DNA from: Octopus vulgaris
Lineage: Eukaryota
Direction of reading: 5' to 3'
DNA: 64,000 bases
Assembly (NCBI GenBank): GCA_951406725.2
Contig: OX597816.1
Coordinates: 69,068,001 to 69,132,000, forward strand
In this document: one piece after another, positions 12,620 to 26,299 of the stretch
Numbering within the stretch: the stretch's first letter is position 1
Layout: each line of letters opens with the position of its first letter
The notes under the pieces: generated by a model
The model's database searches: none
Seen by the model: the letters and a program-made list of their open reading frames with translations, nothing else
What the model was told of the DNA's origin: nothing
Translations under genes and position numbers: made by a program

Positions 12620-14850
12620 ATGCCACTAAGTTTTCATTAACTAAATTCTAAATTCTTTGAAGCCCTTTGGCTATGAGGTTATCATTGATGACTTGATGGC
12701 TTAGTGGGTAAGGTTTAATGATAAAGAAATATGTTAGGATTGCGTTCGTACTACCAAATTAGCAGACGAACACACTTTGGTATAATATTTTGTAACATGT
12801 CATAATTAACATTTCGAGATTGTCTATACTTCATTTCTTGAGAAACTGTCACAACGTAATGATTTCAGGTTGACAGCTGCCCACTTTACAAGAATAAATA
12901 ATATTCATAAATGCTTGATACTTTGAATTCAGTTTGTATTAGACTTAGGCTCATGGTATCAAGTTTTCTTTAAGATTATCAGGGAGTTAATGTAAAATAT
13001 TTTATATAGTTGTAGGTTCCTGCAATATCTTAAGAAATTCGTGTGCGCGCTTGTCTAGGGTTAAGTTTAGAGAGGTGTTCTTTAAGTCTAGTGTTGGGTA
13101 TAAATCTAATCTTCTGGGAGTAGCCACTAGGAGCTACAGCTTGGTTGTAGTAATTGGCGTAGTTCTTGAAGATTTCCTCAGTGTCGGATAGATCGGTTAT
13201 TCTGATGGGTATGCTTTTGATTATACTCTCGAAAATAGATTTACTTTGGCTAGATTCAGAGTTGATGTACTTAAGGTACTGATTAGGTTTGTGATTTGGG
13301 AATCAGAGGGAAGGATTTAACTCTAATGTAATATCTAGAAAATGTGCTGCATTGTAAGAGTTTTCAAAAGAGATAGATAGGTTGAAGTTGGCGAAGAATT
13401 TATTTAAGAGTTTTCTATGTTTTTCTAATGCAGATTTTGTTAGGCCTGTTGCAATTAACAATGCATCATCTCTATATACACCTCCTTTGATGTGGGGGAG
13501 TTGTGTGCGGAGTTGTTGAAAGATCTTTGGCCAGAGCGGAGTTAGATGAGTCCATGGTTATATCAGAAATGTTTCTGTAAGTATTGAGGTTAACACGGGA
13601 CCAAAGCTCATTATCGAAGGCAGATAGAATTACATGAATTTCTAAGGAGGTTATGTTGGTTAGGTTTTTAGCTTTAAGGGGGATTGGTGATATGAAAGCG
13701 TAGTAATTGTTTGTCAAATTGTAGGAACGAGGTGTTTTTGTTTTGAAGCTGGTGGCCTCGTCTCTACAGGTCCATAAGTTTACGTTTAGCTTCTCTATAA
13801 TAGAAGGCATGATTCTATCTAGTATATTTTTGCTTATTCGTCGTAAATCAGATTTGGTGGGACAAATAAATCTAATAGAGCGTTTGGTTAAGAAGTCTGT
13901 TTTATGGATCTCAAGATCGAAGTATGGTGCTCTTGGGTTGTAGGACTCAGTGCGGTTGTCGACTTCGAGCGCATTTACAAGCATGCATTGGTTGGTAATG
14001 AGGGTATCCAGTGTTGACTGTGGAGCTACCCTATAGGATTTGTGCAGCTCCTTCCTTATAAATTCAACATATTCTTCGATGGTAAGAGAGTATAAGTTCC
14101 CGGTTTTGTCGGAGAAGACGTGCATCTTGGGTGATAAGGTAATCCTATTGATTGTATTGGAAAGCTGCCATTGGAAAGATTTGTGTATAGAAAATTTTAA
14201 ATTCTTAATCTTGTTAAGGATATCAGTTTCAAATTTATCTAAGTGGAGGTTGTGAGGAGTGTTTTTGTTTAATCTAAGGTTATATTTATTATTATTGCTT
14301 TCATCTGACTTGCGTCTATTATCATAAAAGAAGACTTTCCATCTCATTCTTCGGATAAGATGAATTGTTTTGCTAGGTAATATTAGGAGAAAAGTTTTTG
14401 AGAGGGAATGGGTATATCCTTGAGTGAGATGCCTAGGAATTGCTTATCCATAGTTAGCAGTACCTATATTGAATGCTCTGCGCTGCAATTTATACAAAGT
14501 ATGGGGGTTTAGTCAGGCAGGTGATCTAAACCACTAAGTACGTCAGGGCTCCAAGTTTATAGTCGAGATAGCATTTATGGAGCCATTGAAGGTTTCCTAT
14601 GTAGAAGATATATAACTGATAAAGAGGTGAACAGATGTTAAAGCAAGACAAACATCTCAAGTCATATATATAATTATAATTCGAAAAATTCAAAGTCTTA
14701 CAGCTGATTCAGGGATATCCCAGAGCATCGGGTAATCAATCATCGGAGACAAATAGGGAAAATGAGATGAGGATCGATTAATTAAATGACAGAGAGAACA
14801 GGAGAAAAGAAATGAGATGAAGAAAGTGGTGGAAAAAGAAGCATAAAACT
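12620..14850 (-). mobile_element. Near full-length decayed Penelope-like element (Naiad-type RT plus GIY-YIG remnant)
   Basis: SLKDIPFP..IRRMRWKVFF, FSDKTGNLY (ORF 13472-14347); frameshifted GGVYRDDALL, HFLDITLEL, HKPNQYLKYINSES; NIIYSCKV near 12890; HHR upstream of the ORF; CT-rich upstream region may extend to about 15740 across a SINE. Confidence 0.85.
14695..14750 (-). ncRNA. Minimal HHR-like motif upstream of the Penelope-like ORF (CCGATGA core, GAATC variant)
   Basis: Minus strand: gtct-CCGATGA-...ccc/ggg...-GAATC-agct-GTA-agac. Confidence 0.7.
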
Positions 14851-14858
14851 TCACAGTT

Positions 14859-15231
14859 CACAGGCGTAGGAGTGGCTGTGTGGTAAGTAGCTTGCTTATG
14901 AACCACATGGTTCCGGGTTCAGTCCCACTGCGTGGCACCTTGGGCAAGTGTCTTCTACTATAGCCTCGGGCTGCCCAAATCCTTGAGTGGATTTGATAGA
15001 CAGAAACTGAAAGAAGCTCGTCGTATATATATATATATATGTGTGTGTATGTGCTTGACAACCGATGCTGGTGTGTTTACGTCCCCCTAACTTAGCGGTT
15101 CGGCAAAAGAGACCGATAGGTTAAGTACTAGGCTTACAACGAATAATTCCTGGGGTCGATTTGCTCGACTAAAGGCGGTTCTCCAGCATGGTCACAGTCA
15201 CATAACTGAAACTAGTAAGAGAGTAAAGAGT
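14859..15231 (+). mobile_element. SINE family A, full length
   Basis: caggcgtaggagtggctgtgtggtaag...gtggcaccttgggcaagtgtctt...actgaaactagtaagagagtaaagag. Confidence 0.92.
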
Positions 15232-17912
15232 TCAACTTTCCGATGTTGTAGAAACAGATGCATAAGTCCTTAGGTGCAATCCTTTGTAAATCCAGAAATA
15301 GACGCGAACGTATTAATGTTCAATAACAGAATGGTAGCGGACGTGGCTATTGAATAGTAAATAGAAAGAAAAATAAATAAATAGATAGAAGAGAGGTAGA
15401 GTGAATGAGGGTGTGAATTAAGGATTGGCATTAAGGATAAAATAAAATGTGTATAGGAATTTAGTGTACAAAAATAACCAAGAAGATAAATGAATAAATA
15501 TATAAGAGTAAATAAGGAGAGAGGAAGAGGTAAAGGAAGAATACGTAAAAAAGAAAATGAAATAAAGTAAAGGAATTCAAAGAGAATAGTAGGTGCCAGT
15601 GTTATAATTCTATTCTGCAATGGGGATATGGGTGTGTAATTAGTCGTAAATTGAGAAACCAATTAAATGCTAGATTATATAGGAATAAGAGTTAGAATTA
15701 GATATAAGGGGATTAATAAGATTACGATTTAAAATCGCTACACGGCGGTGTGATCCAAAGCAGCATTAGCCGCGAGTCCGAAGTCTTAAAAAGACTTTGA
15801 CTCACTGTTGTGGACTCACTGGACAAGCGTGTTTGGTGCTGCCGATATCCAAACAGGAAAAAAAACTTGCGCGTCTTCAAATTTCTGGTCTATTTTGTCT
15901 TACTATTATATAGCAAGACATAGAAACCGTCCTGGCATCATTGGAGCTACCTGATCCCCGTCACTTGTATAACTCGATAGCCTCAGCTCCGATTCTTTGA
16001 TCATGTTGCCCGATTTTTCGAGCTATATTCTTCGTATCCTGTTCTTCTCCCTGTTCTCTTTCGCACTTGCTTAAGTTTCGACTATATTCGACCCAATATT
16101 ATTTTAACTATTTGATGTAACCGATCGAACGTGTGAACTCTAGTAGTGAACAGTATCTTCATTTAGTTGCAAAGGTCAGGGATCTGGCATGTGATGTAGC
16201 GGTGGCGACGCGCCAATATTAATGGTATTAAACGTGTCAGCCAAGATGGCAAAACGAAATTCTATGTGGGTAAAAACATTTTTTAAATCTAGTATGAATG
16301 ATACTGAATCGTTCAGTAAATGATGTCTCTCTTTTTGTGAAAGAAGGAAGAAATTAGTTATCTAGTTTTCTATAGAAGTTGCAGGTCAAACGTTTAAAAA
16401 CACATTTTAAACGGTTCTCTGTGACTGCACGCGAGTTACTGACGGCTATGTGAATGTATGCAAACATACACACACACGTACGCACACCTTGACACACGCA
16501 TATGTAAGTTTTAATCTAACTAACAGTCCATTTATTTTCTCTGTATATATATATATATATATATATGTTCTAAGAGGAGATAATTGGATGTTTCTAAATC
16601 TATACTGCGCGATATTGCTTGGTTATAACTATTCTGCCACGTGTTCTCTGAAAAGTAATGAAATCTGAAATCTCATATTGACCCCTACGTCGTGTTGCAG
16701 ATAATTGTATTCCTTTAGGGCAAATATATTATACTTTTATCGATAAGAACTTCTTGATACCTCATCACTTCAAAATCAATTCTCCTCCAGGCTCTTTTAT
16801 CTGTCTTTCACTTACTTGTACTTGGAATTGTCAAAAATGATTGCCACCCTTTAACAAATGTGTAAGAAATTAAATTATCTTCATACAACTTTGACATATT
16901 CTGTCAGATATTTACAAGGGTATTTTTATTCAATAATTCTGGAGAAGATAGGGTGGCTGCAAAGAAGAGCAATTCATAGATATGCTAATAGAAAACAATA
17001 GTTTGTTTCTTCATGACACTCAGTATAGAATCCTAAATAACATTTTCCATAGATTTTCAAACTTAAATTGAAATAATGATTCTGGCATGACATGCAGTAA
17101 CATGAGAATGAACAGGAATTATTCTGGGAATATTTGCACATGATGAGTAAATTACCAAAAGATGTTTTTTCACGAAAACTCCTTCTGTGTAGCATCACGC
17201 AAAACATCTCTCTCTCTCCGCCTCTCACTTTAGTTCTCTCATTCGTTCTCGTCTTTCTGATTCGCTCTATTCTTTCCTTTTCTGTCACCTCATCCTTTTC
17301 CCTCAGTCTGCATATCCAGTTCTGATTCTGTTTACGTCTCTGAAGCAGTTGATATAAAGAATTATTTATTGTAACGTAAAGTGGAACCGACAAGCAATCA
17401 GGCAGGACCGCTTGTGTGTCGTACGGAATAATTTACAGTATTTAACTTCTCTTTAAGTTTTGGGATCAAATCCGACTAGATCAGGAATATTGATTTTTCT
17501 TCTCTAGGGAGACATAAATAACAATAATACGTAATAGGATGCAGTGAATTCAGCCGATTGTAGAACTTCACTACGAAATTTGAGCTTTAGCCAAAGAAAT
17601 TATAAAAATCGTGTCTGAAGGTAAAGAATAAGTGTTCAACAGAAGCTGCATTGTGAGAACCATATCCGGACATACTTTTTCCAATTCCTTATCGCTAAGT
17701 GGGTACCGATTGTACAGGCAGATTCTCATAGTACATCGAAATATGAATATTCTTTCTCACTTCTTTTCAGATGTAATACATTCAAGCCTTCACTATACAG
17801 CGTTTCCTTTTGAAAAGTGGTATGGTATTGTTAGCAGGATAGTTTGGCTGCTAGTTCTAGCATGGGAAGCTACTGTAATGGGGTTTACTCATTTATTTGA
17901 ACAACGCCATTT

Positions 17913-18674
17913 ATAGAGAGTGTTCGGGATTAAATTTAAGGCTTATATGTCTCTTTTTTTTTCTGGAACTGCTTGGGGTATATATGAACAGCCAACAGCG
18001 TTGGAGACCATAAAGGTTATCAATGATTCGCGCTGGGCATCGTGAGAGCTGCTCAATGATTTGGATACACTATAAAGACTAAAAGATGTGACATGGACAT
18101 CTTAAAAACCGTGTCCCCACGAAATGTGATGGTTTTGAAGTGAATCTCCAATGAACGTGACCTCATGCCGCCCAACATTTTTGCACCAGCTCTGAGACTC
18201 AATTCAGACGTGTATGTGAAGCTCCGGGAGACAGTGATCCAAACCTGGCTGGATAAGCTTGTTGAGAAGTCGTACATGTTGCAGCAGGATTCGGTCTCTT
18301 CTCATACCGCTGGAAAGTGTCGGAGATTTTCTACGTCTTCAGTGGCAGTGACTTCTGGCCTCTAATTCCCCCTATTGTAATCCACTAGATTTCTATGAGT
18401 AAAGCACACTTGAGAAAGAGATCAAGGCTGAGCTACTGGCCAATATCAAGGAGGTGCTCTGAGATCCTATCAGCAATACAGTGAGAAACGCACGTATCAG
18501 ATGTCGGGGCCCACTTGAGGCCGTGGTAGAATTTGAGGTCGGCCTCTTCGAGGAAATCGTTATCTCCAAATCATAATTTAGTAGATATTTTCTTATTTTT
18601 AGAAATACTTTAATTTTAGTTGAGATATTTTGTCTTATTTTACTTTTATGTAACTTACACTCGAACACGTTGTA
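17913..18674 (+). mobile_element. Decayed Tc1/mariner (DD37D maT-like) transposon
   Basis: MPPNIF..LRLNSDVYVKL.ETVIQTWL..SYMLQQDSVSSHTA followed by FWP.NSP.CNPLDF-like sequence; weak TIRs sharing gtgttcg. Confidence 0.75.
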
Positions 18675-18752
18675 CATTTTAACGTTGAGACTAGATATAC
18701 AGAGGAACATGCAAACTCAATATTCTCCGTTCTCAATGTCTCAGGTTTCATA

Positions 18753-19312
18753 TACGTGGTCTAATCAATAAGTATCCGGACGGTTGCTATACTAACGAAT
18801 CTAATAGCCCCTTGTGAGTAGTAAAGAAATATATACTAACGAATCTAAAGCACACTGTATAAAGCAGTTTGGCACAGATTGACCTTAAACTTGGTTGAGC
18901 ATGCGCTCTAAGTTTTAACGTTCTATTTCACTTCCGCTGATTGCAGCAGTGCTTCGGAGGAACGTATGTAGCGTGTGATTGCCACATTGACCATAAGAGA
19001 AGAATTTGAGCAGAGAATCTGAATCAATTCTTACCAAAAGCATAGCGATGCCTGCTAAGAGACCTACGCAAAGATTTCAAAAATTTTCACCTGCAACTTT
19101 TCGTAGCCCTCTGTCATGGTAAATGTGACGATCACACACTACGACCTTCCTTCCAAGCTCTTCTGTTAACCGCAAAAGTGAGCTAGAGCGTTAAAAGTTT
19201 TTGCGCATGCAGAGCAGTGAGTAAAGTTAATCTGTACCAACCGGCTGTACTTTGCGTAGTTTACCTTCGTTGCTATAGCAACAGTCCGGATACTTATTGA
19301 TCTGATCACGTA
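18753..19312. mobile_element. Mariner-type MITE with long imperfect inverted arms
   Basis: TA-cgtggtctaatcaataagtatccgga...tccggatacttattgatctgatcacg-TA; arms pair imperfectly for about 250 bp. Confidence 0.88.
18805..18831 (+). mobile_element. 27-bp 3' stub of SINE family B with 17-bp TSD
   Basis: tagccccttgtgagtagtaaagaaata flanked by tatactaacgaatctaa (18788-18804, 18832-18848). Confidence 0.85.
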
Positions 19313-20096
19313 AATATAATATTAAATTACTCGTTCATAGAAAGATTTACAAAATATTTTTTCTGATCATAAGCTGATGAGAGAGAATTGCTACTCATTG
19401 GTAAGCCTCTGAAAATAACAACTAATTTTTTCTCAAGTTGATCTCGATTCGATTTGACCTCAGAGCACAAAGGGACGGAACAAATGCGGCAAAAGAATTT
19501 TTTCAATGTTCTAACAATTCCGCCAGTACCCACGATTTGTATCCGATTTAAAAACAAAATCACATTGGTTGGCTCTAAATACAATATCACTTTGGTCTCA
19601 GAGAAGGTTAATTCTTTGCCGATAATATCTCGAGAAAGATGGAATCTACTGTATCTGATTCCTTCTTTTATTTGTGAAGCTCATGACGGAATAAAAATGG
19701 CTTTTAGGATTTTCCAATGTAGTTAATGTTTAATTAGTTACCACTAGCAACGATGATGCTATCAACTGAAATAAGTATGACAGCTGATTCATCAATTCGT
19801 AACATATCTAGAGAGGTTTCATCAACTAATCTGTTGTTACTGATAAATCATATTTGCATTTATTCTACAAATTTTTCTCATATATCATCACGCTGCTGGC
19901 CTGTTTCATATTTTTTCAGTTATCGGAAACCTGAAAAAAAATTTGAGAAGCATAAGCTCTTAATAAATAAATAAATAAATGTTGTATAGTGAATCTGTAT
20001 ACCCCACCCGGTAAAAATAGACAAGTAGCCGGTCGTCAAGAGAAGATTGGGAGTACGTGTAGACTGTTAATAGTCGTGTCTGTGCAGATATAGAAA

Positions 20097-20320
20097 TTAT
20101 AGGGAGAGTTTACGAAAACAAAAAAAAAAAAAAAAACAACAAAAGACGAAGACAGGTGGTGTACAAAACAAACAGATGTATTAGTATAACGCTCAGGAAT
20201 AGAAAAAGTCTTTTTACGTTTCGAGCCTACGCTCTTCTACAGAAAGGGATATAGAAAAAAAAAAAACAAGGGGAGAAACAAGGAGAGAAAAAAATATGTG
20301 TAGTGGTTAACGGACGTCAT
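20097..20320 (-). mobile_element. Short HHR-bearing non-coding repeat (mini-HHR family)
   Basis: 20212-20245 minus: ttt-CTGTAGA-agagc-gtag-gctc-GAAAC-GTA-aaa; downstream cctgagcgtt. Confidence 0.6.
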
Positions 20321-20450
20321 AACGATCCAACCATTTGAAGATAATAACACTTCGCACAATGCCAGATAGAAACATTCTATCGACGACTTCGGAATATAAC
20401 AATATCTGTAAGCGCGACAACCGTCATCAAAAGACAGATACAACAGTAGC

Positions 20451-20630
20451 AGTGGAGGCGCAATGGTCCAGTGGTTAGGGCAGCGGACTCGCGGTCGTAA
20501 GAACGCGGTTTCGATTCCCATACCGGGCATTGTGAGTGTTTATTGAGCAAAAAAACCTAAGCTCCACGAAGCTCCGGCGGGGGAGGGTGGTGAACCCCGC
20601 TGTACTTATTCACCACAACTTTCTCTCACA
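20451..20630 (+). mobile_element. SINE family C, 3'-truncated
   Basis: gtggaggcgcaatggtccagtggttagggcagcggactcgcgg...ggtttcgattccc A/B boxes. Confidence 0.85.
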
Positions 20631-21419
20631 AAGAAGAGGAACCATGGTGTAACCCACTATGGTGTGGTAAACTTTCAGACTCAATCTAGATTGCGAATCC
20701 TCTGTACCCCAGGATGGTTCAGCTCTCTACCCGTTAAACTCTACCGTTTACGAAATGAGGATGATAACGTAGCTTTCGCGCCAGTGCAACCGCCAGTCTA
20801 TCGTGTGTGGTGGGTGGATCTTCAAGTTGCCACGCGCATCCTAAGTGGCTTAGAGTAAGCTCGAATTAGAGATTATTCTTTGTGGCTAATGTCGTGAATC
20901 CTGATTAGAAGAAGTAGAAATAAGGCCAGATTATTTGAGGGAAGAAGTTAAATCATAAACTCCAGTATTTGGCCGGTACTTACTGTCTCCGAAGGAATGA
21001 AATGTAAAGATGGCGACGGCGAGATTTTCAAATCGGAAATTAAATAGACGGTGGAAACATTGCAAAGAATTTCTATTTTAGCTAAACTTCTCTCATTTTT
21101 CTTTTATATTCAACCAAACCGCTATTAACTACACCGGTAAACGGTTATTCCCTATCTTTGTATATCTCACTACCGGCAAGTCTCAGGTCTCTGGCTGTGA
21201 ATACACGCTTTTTATAACGCCCAGGGAATACCGCAGAAAATTTACATTTTTTTGCCTTTCAACGATACGTTTACATTATGTAGATTTGCACACACACACA
21301 TCACACCACACCACACAAACACACACATGTGTGTGTGTGTATTTATATACATGTATGTATATACGTGTGTATATATGTGTATATTTATAAAATTTGAAAA
21401 CGACTAAAATTCGATTATA

Positions 21420-21590
21420 ATCTTTTCTGCGCTGGGCACAAGGCCTGAAGTTTTGGGGGAGGGGGCGGTGGATTAGATGGATCCCAGTACGCAATGGCAC
21501 TTCGTTTATCGACGCTGAAAGGATGAAAGGTGCAGTCGACAGCGGCGGAGTTTGAACTCAGAGCGTAAAGACAAACGAAATACTGCTAAA
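21420..21590 (-). mobile_element. SINE family B-related copy, diverged
   Basis: tttatcgacgctgaaaggatgaaaggtgcagtcgacagcggcggagtttgaactcagagcgtaa. Confidence 0.75.
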
Positions 21591-23763
21591 CTGAAACTCC
21601 TTGACTGAGTTTGATATTACAGAACTGCAAGAATTCCCTTAGTTTTCGGAATTTAAAATATGCTGAAAATCTGTTGTTGAGCGTCACTATCTCTCCAGTG
21701 TTCAATAACAAATGCTACAGTTATCTCAATATTATCAAAAATATTGTTTAAGCTAGTATATATGAGTAAATCTACTTTCAGATTTGGTCGCGCATTATTA
21801 ATATGTGAATTTAAGTACTATTTTCTTTTAGATAATTCTCCAGACGCAATGTCTAGATATCGGTTAATCTATATATTAAGATGATATGTTTTTTATTGCT
21901 TCTGAAAAATATATTTTGCTAGATAGTAATTTGTAGCTATTTCATATTAGATGTGTATTTAGAAAAAGTAATTACTGTCTGAAAATGAAAAGATTCATTT
22001 GAACTGCTTCTCCTCAGCTTTCACATATTTCTTTATAGTTTTGTCACAGGAAAAATAATATCTATGACGTTTTACGTAGGACCGCCAAGAACGGTGGTGG
22101 ATAAAAAAAAAGGGAAGAAATACATGCCAAATTCTATACAGAAGCCAAAAACCTTGTTCGGCTGCTTGTCGCAGAGTGGACTATGTTAAAGTCATCCAGA
22201 ATCGTAAAGTAGTGCTAAACCGAATTTGCGGCTTCCTCTGTCTCCCAAGAATATTTACATTTCATCATATGTACTTTTGTTTAACTTTCACTCGCAAGGT
22301 TTCTATATAAATATAGCTACATCGCCGAATGTCACATCGTGTTGGATTGAACATGAAATCACATGACAGAAGCGAAGATGCTTTCACATGTTGCTATATA
22401 TACACCTATATTTAATACTTCTTGTTTGGAAACAGCCTCTATGTAATGGGAGCAAATTAAAAACGCATAAATGCTGTGAATAATATTTATTGTATAAATA
22501 GGTTTGATGAAGTAATTACCAAAGGTTTCGTTTATAATACATTGATTTTATTCTGTAGTACAACCAAATAATTTAAACATATAATTAAGTAAATTATTAA
22601 TTAATTATGTGTATTGCTATACTGCATTCTTAAAGTAGAAAATATTTTTTACTCAGTACAATACAGGAAGATACTAACAGAGTGTTTTTAGGCTCTTCAT
22701 AATTTTATTTGTTAGTTAAATTATTTATGTAATAGCTCCGTTAATATTCAGCGTTGGTGTCATTAGCAGATTGCTCAGTGATGTGTGGTTTATTGAGAGT
22801 GTAATGTGAAATATCTAAAGCGAAATATCTTGTATTATTGTAAAACAAATGAAGCGATGCTGACAACATGGCTGTTTCCTATTACTTTAGTAACAAAGCT
22901 GATATTGTACCGGAAATAAATCCAGGAGGATTATTCAGTCACACTTATTTCAGTGTACACATAAAGATCATGTTAACAATATTCACATGTAACGGTATAT
23001 GATAATGCCACACTCACAGACATATCTACATGCAATCATAAACGGATATAAACATACGCACTAACCTATGCAGTCATGACTGTGTGGCTAACAATATCAT
23101 GTCACTTTGCAACTTCGTAGTTTCATGTTCGATCCTGTTGCGCAGCACGTTTAAAATTTATGAGGTTATGTGCTACCATAACTATAGCTCAAATTCTTTA
23201 TAATAGAAAGGAATGATACTGTTGTTGTTGTTGTTTTTTTGTCGTTGTTGTTGTTCTTGTTCTTCTTCATCATCACCGCTGAACACGACAGACGTATTTC
23301 GAAGGCGCGAAGTAAGTTTTGTTTAATAAATTTAGTTTACAATCGTTTCTTGAAGATTTTTTTTCTATTTAAACATTATTCCAGTCTGTTAATAGAAACA
23401 CTAGGGAACTAGCATTGGGTGCCTGTGTTTGTTTACTCCCTGGCGGGGCTATATTCGGCCCGAATATATTCGGTGGGCATCTTTATACAAAATAAATAAA
23501 CAAGATGGCAGAACACATCTTGGAAGATTGAAGAAAAATAAAAACTGCACCTCCTTAAAAAATGTTTTGAATGGGGCAAGATTTCCCTCCTCTTCCCTCA
23601 GCTACTGATAACATTATTGGAGAAGGGGAAGGAGAAAAAGAAGGGCACCAAAATTCAAAGTCCACCTCATAGTAGCAACGGTAAAAGCATTGGCAACGGC
23701 AATGATGGCGACGGCGTCAGCATTGGCAGTGGCGCTGACTGCAGCGGTGGCAGTGACAGCAGC

Positions 23764-23920
23764 AGCAATGGCCCAGTGGTTAGGGCAGCGGACTCGCGGT
23801 TTCGATTCCCAGACCGGGCGCTACGTGTGTTTATTGAGCGAAAACACCTAAATCTCCACGACCCTCCGGCAGGTGGGGTGGCGACCACTGTAGTACTCTT
23901 TCTCTCTTTCTTCCTGTTTC
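23764..23920 (+). mobile_element. SINE family C fragment
   Basis: gcaatggcccagtggttagggcagcggactcgcggtttcgattcccagaccgggcg. Confidence 0.8.
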
Positions 23921-23979
23921 TTATCGCCGACTTCCTACGCAACCGCTGAGCTTGGATGCACATTCATCCATCCGTCGAT

Positions 23980-24600
23980 GCTCTCGGTGCCGGGGGTTGA
24001 TCTGCTCTCTCTTCTGCGGGTCTTACAAATAGCAAATGACCATGTTTCGGATTCTCCCACATTGGGACGAAGACCGCTTCGCTCAGCAAACAAACAAACA
24101 AACAGCAGCAGCAGCGGTTTCCCGGAGGAACCAGACGCAGCGCCCGGGTCACCTGGCTGCCAACAACTCCAGGAGGTTAAATAACCCCGTTTTCCTCCAA
24201 AAAATTTCGAGCCGTCGTGTTGATTGTCAGAGTGGGATGCATAAATATTCGCGGCCTGAGGTCGCCCTGGAAGCAAGTTCGCCTGACCAATGACCTCATG
24301 CTAGGTTTCGATGTGATAGTAGCCAGTGAAACCAGGATTTCGGACACGCGATCTTGCACCCATTTCGACGATAATGATATCTACGTATCTCTTAGTCGGC
24401 CCGGAACGGGAGGCGGGATGGCAGTGCTGTTTAGGAAAGGCCTGCATCTCGAATTGCGGACGAACATCCTCGGCCAGGAAGGTAAGTTGGTAGTCCTGGA
24501 CGTAAGTGAGAGTGAAGGCGGTACCGATAGAGTAGTCGCTGTTTATGCCCCCATGCGGGCGGAAAGCCAGATTTCTTCAGATATTTGGAAGATTTGGAGG
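23980..24600 (+). mobile_element. L1/Tx1-like LINE fragment encoding the ORF2 AP-endonuclease N-terminus
   Basis: ORF 24217-24666: VGCINIRGL, DVIVASET, GGGMAVLFRK, EGKLVVLDV, RVVAVYAP; similarity ends near 24600. Confidence 0.85.
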
Positions 24601-25700
24601 TTTTCCTCCTTCAGTTCAAGATACTTCCCGATTTTCTTGCAATATTCACATCTGTTGGTATGGTGATGTTAATGAGATGATAGTATTTGTCTTTCTTGTT
24701 CAATATGTATATGCTAGGTCGGCGAAGCTCAATTAGCCCGTCTGTTCAAAATTCATGATCCCAGAATATAATTACTTTCCCATCCTCCTGCAATGCATTA
24801 CAGGGTAGAGCTCATGCCAACTTTTCGTGAGTTCCTATTAGTATTTAAGACATAAAAGCCAATGAAGACACGAACAAACATTATTATGGTGGCGCTTGTA
24901 TTATTTTTGTGCAAGACTCTCACACCATTTTACTAAATGGGTTTCCTTTTCCACATTCTTTTCACATTCTTTTATGGGTTTCAGAATGTTTGTAAATATT
25001 AAACCTCACCAAACAGGCTGCAAGAGATTCGGCTCGTGTTGCAATTATAAGTTTTACAGTAGTACACTTAAAATTGTCTTGCTTAAGGTATGTTGCTTTA
25101 TCTTTGATATCCTGCGTATTTCTTACAATCTGAATATGCATTCCCAGTTGAAAAAGATCTCGTTTGCTCTTCTCAAAGTTTTGTTAAAATTTTCCTTGCC
25201 AAGCATTTCATCTGTATTTATGCCTGCCTTTTCTGTTTACCAAATATGCTGCAAGCATTTTTCTTTTACTCCTTATACAATAATCCACACCGATGAGATT
25301 TCCACCCACATTCGCTCTCTTTATGTACAATCTATATATAAATATTTGCTTTAAGGTGTAACGCTCCATACATTGCCATTTACTTCCTCGTCTTTCTATC
25401 CAATTTTGATATTTCTTCTTCACTTCACCTGAGAACGGATGCACTATATCGAACCACTGCAACTACCCAAAAATTCATTGCATTCAGGATGAATTGTAAA
25501 ATCATTTGTATTCCTACAAAATGTGTTTCTCTATCATTTCCCTTCAATTCTGGATGCGAAATATCCATTTCTAAAATACCCAGGTATTTGTATCCATTAT
25601 CATCTGATTGCCTCATTATTTGTGTTGAACGAAACATGTTTCCCGAGGTAAATTATTCAAACACCCCAAAAATCCCTCTCAACACATGACTATGATGCGC
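24600..25700 (-). mobile_element. Decayed R4/Dong-like LINE, post-RT to restriction-like endonuclease region
   Basis: YKYLGILE..VAVVRYSA (25425-25637); KVIIFWD..TD..ELRRPSI RLE-like motif near 24700-24790. Confidence 0.75.
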
Positions 25701-25784
25701 TCCTAATACTTCTGCTCGTGATTAAAGATGCACATATCGTAACCGCCAAGGGGCATTTTCAACTGGTGGTTACTGGTGGCTAAT

Positions 25785-26019
25785 GAAGGCGGTGAGCTGG
25801 CAGAGACGTTAGCATGCCGGGCGAAATGCGTAGCCGTATTTCGTCTGCCGTTACGTTCTGAGTTCAAATTCCACCGAGGTCGACTTTGCCTTTCATTCTT
25901 TCGGGGTCGATTAAATAAGTACCAGTTACGCACTGGGGTCGATATAATCGACTTAATCCGTTTGTCTGTCCCTGTTTGTCCTCTCTGTGTTTAAGCTCCT
26001 TGTGGGTAGTAAAGAAATA
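25785..26019 (+). mobile_element. SINE family B, full length with 17-bp TSD
   Basis: gaaggcggtgagctggcagagacgttagc...gagttcaaattcc...tgtgggtagtaaagaaata; TSD ggttactggtgg(c/t)taat at 25768-25784 and 26020-26036. Confidence 0.92.
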
Positions 26020-26299
26020 GGTTACTGGTGGTTAATATCGAAGAACTGACGAGCGAATTTGCCGTATTGTGCAGAATGTTTGCTGTAACCTATCTTTTCT
26101 ACACTCAGACAAACCATGTGCATGATAACACTTCCAATCAGTTAAGATCAAAAGCCATGAGAACCAGTGTTTAGATTGGTATCAGAGGTTATTAATATTG
26201 AAGTTTTGCATGCTTAGCGTATTTGTTATCAGCAGTCTACCGTACCATGCTATCTGTTCTTTTCAGCTACCTAATACTTTCCTGATTATTCTGGCCGTG

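Noticed and set aside
23617-23963. Gly/Ser-rich ORFs
   Set aside because: Low-complexity trinucleotide-like tract fused to a SINE head
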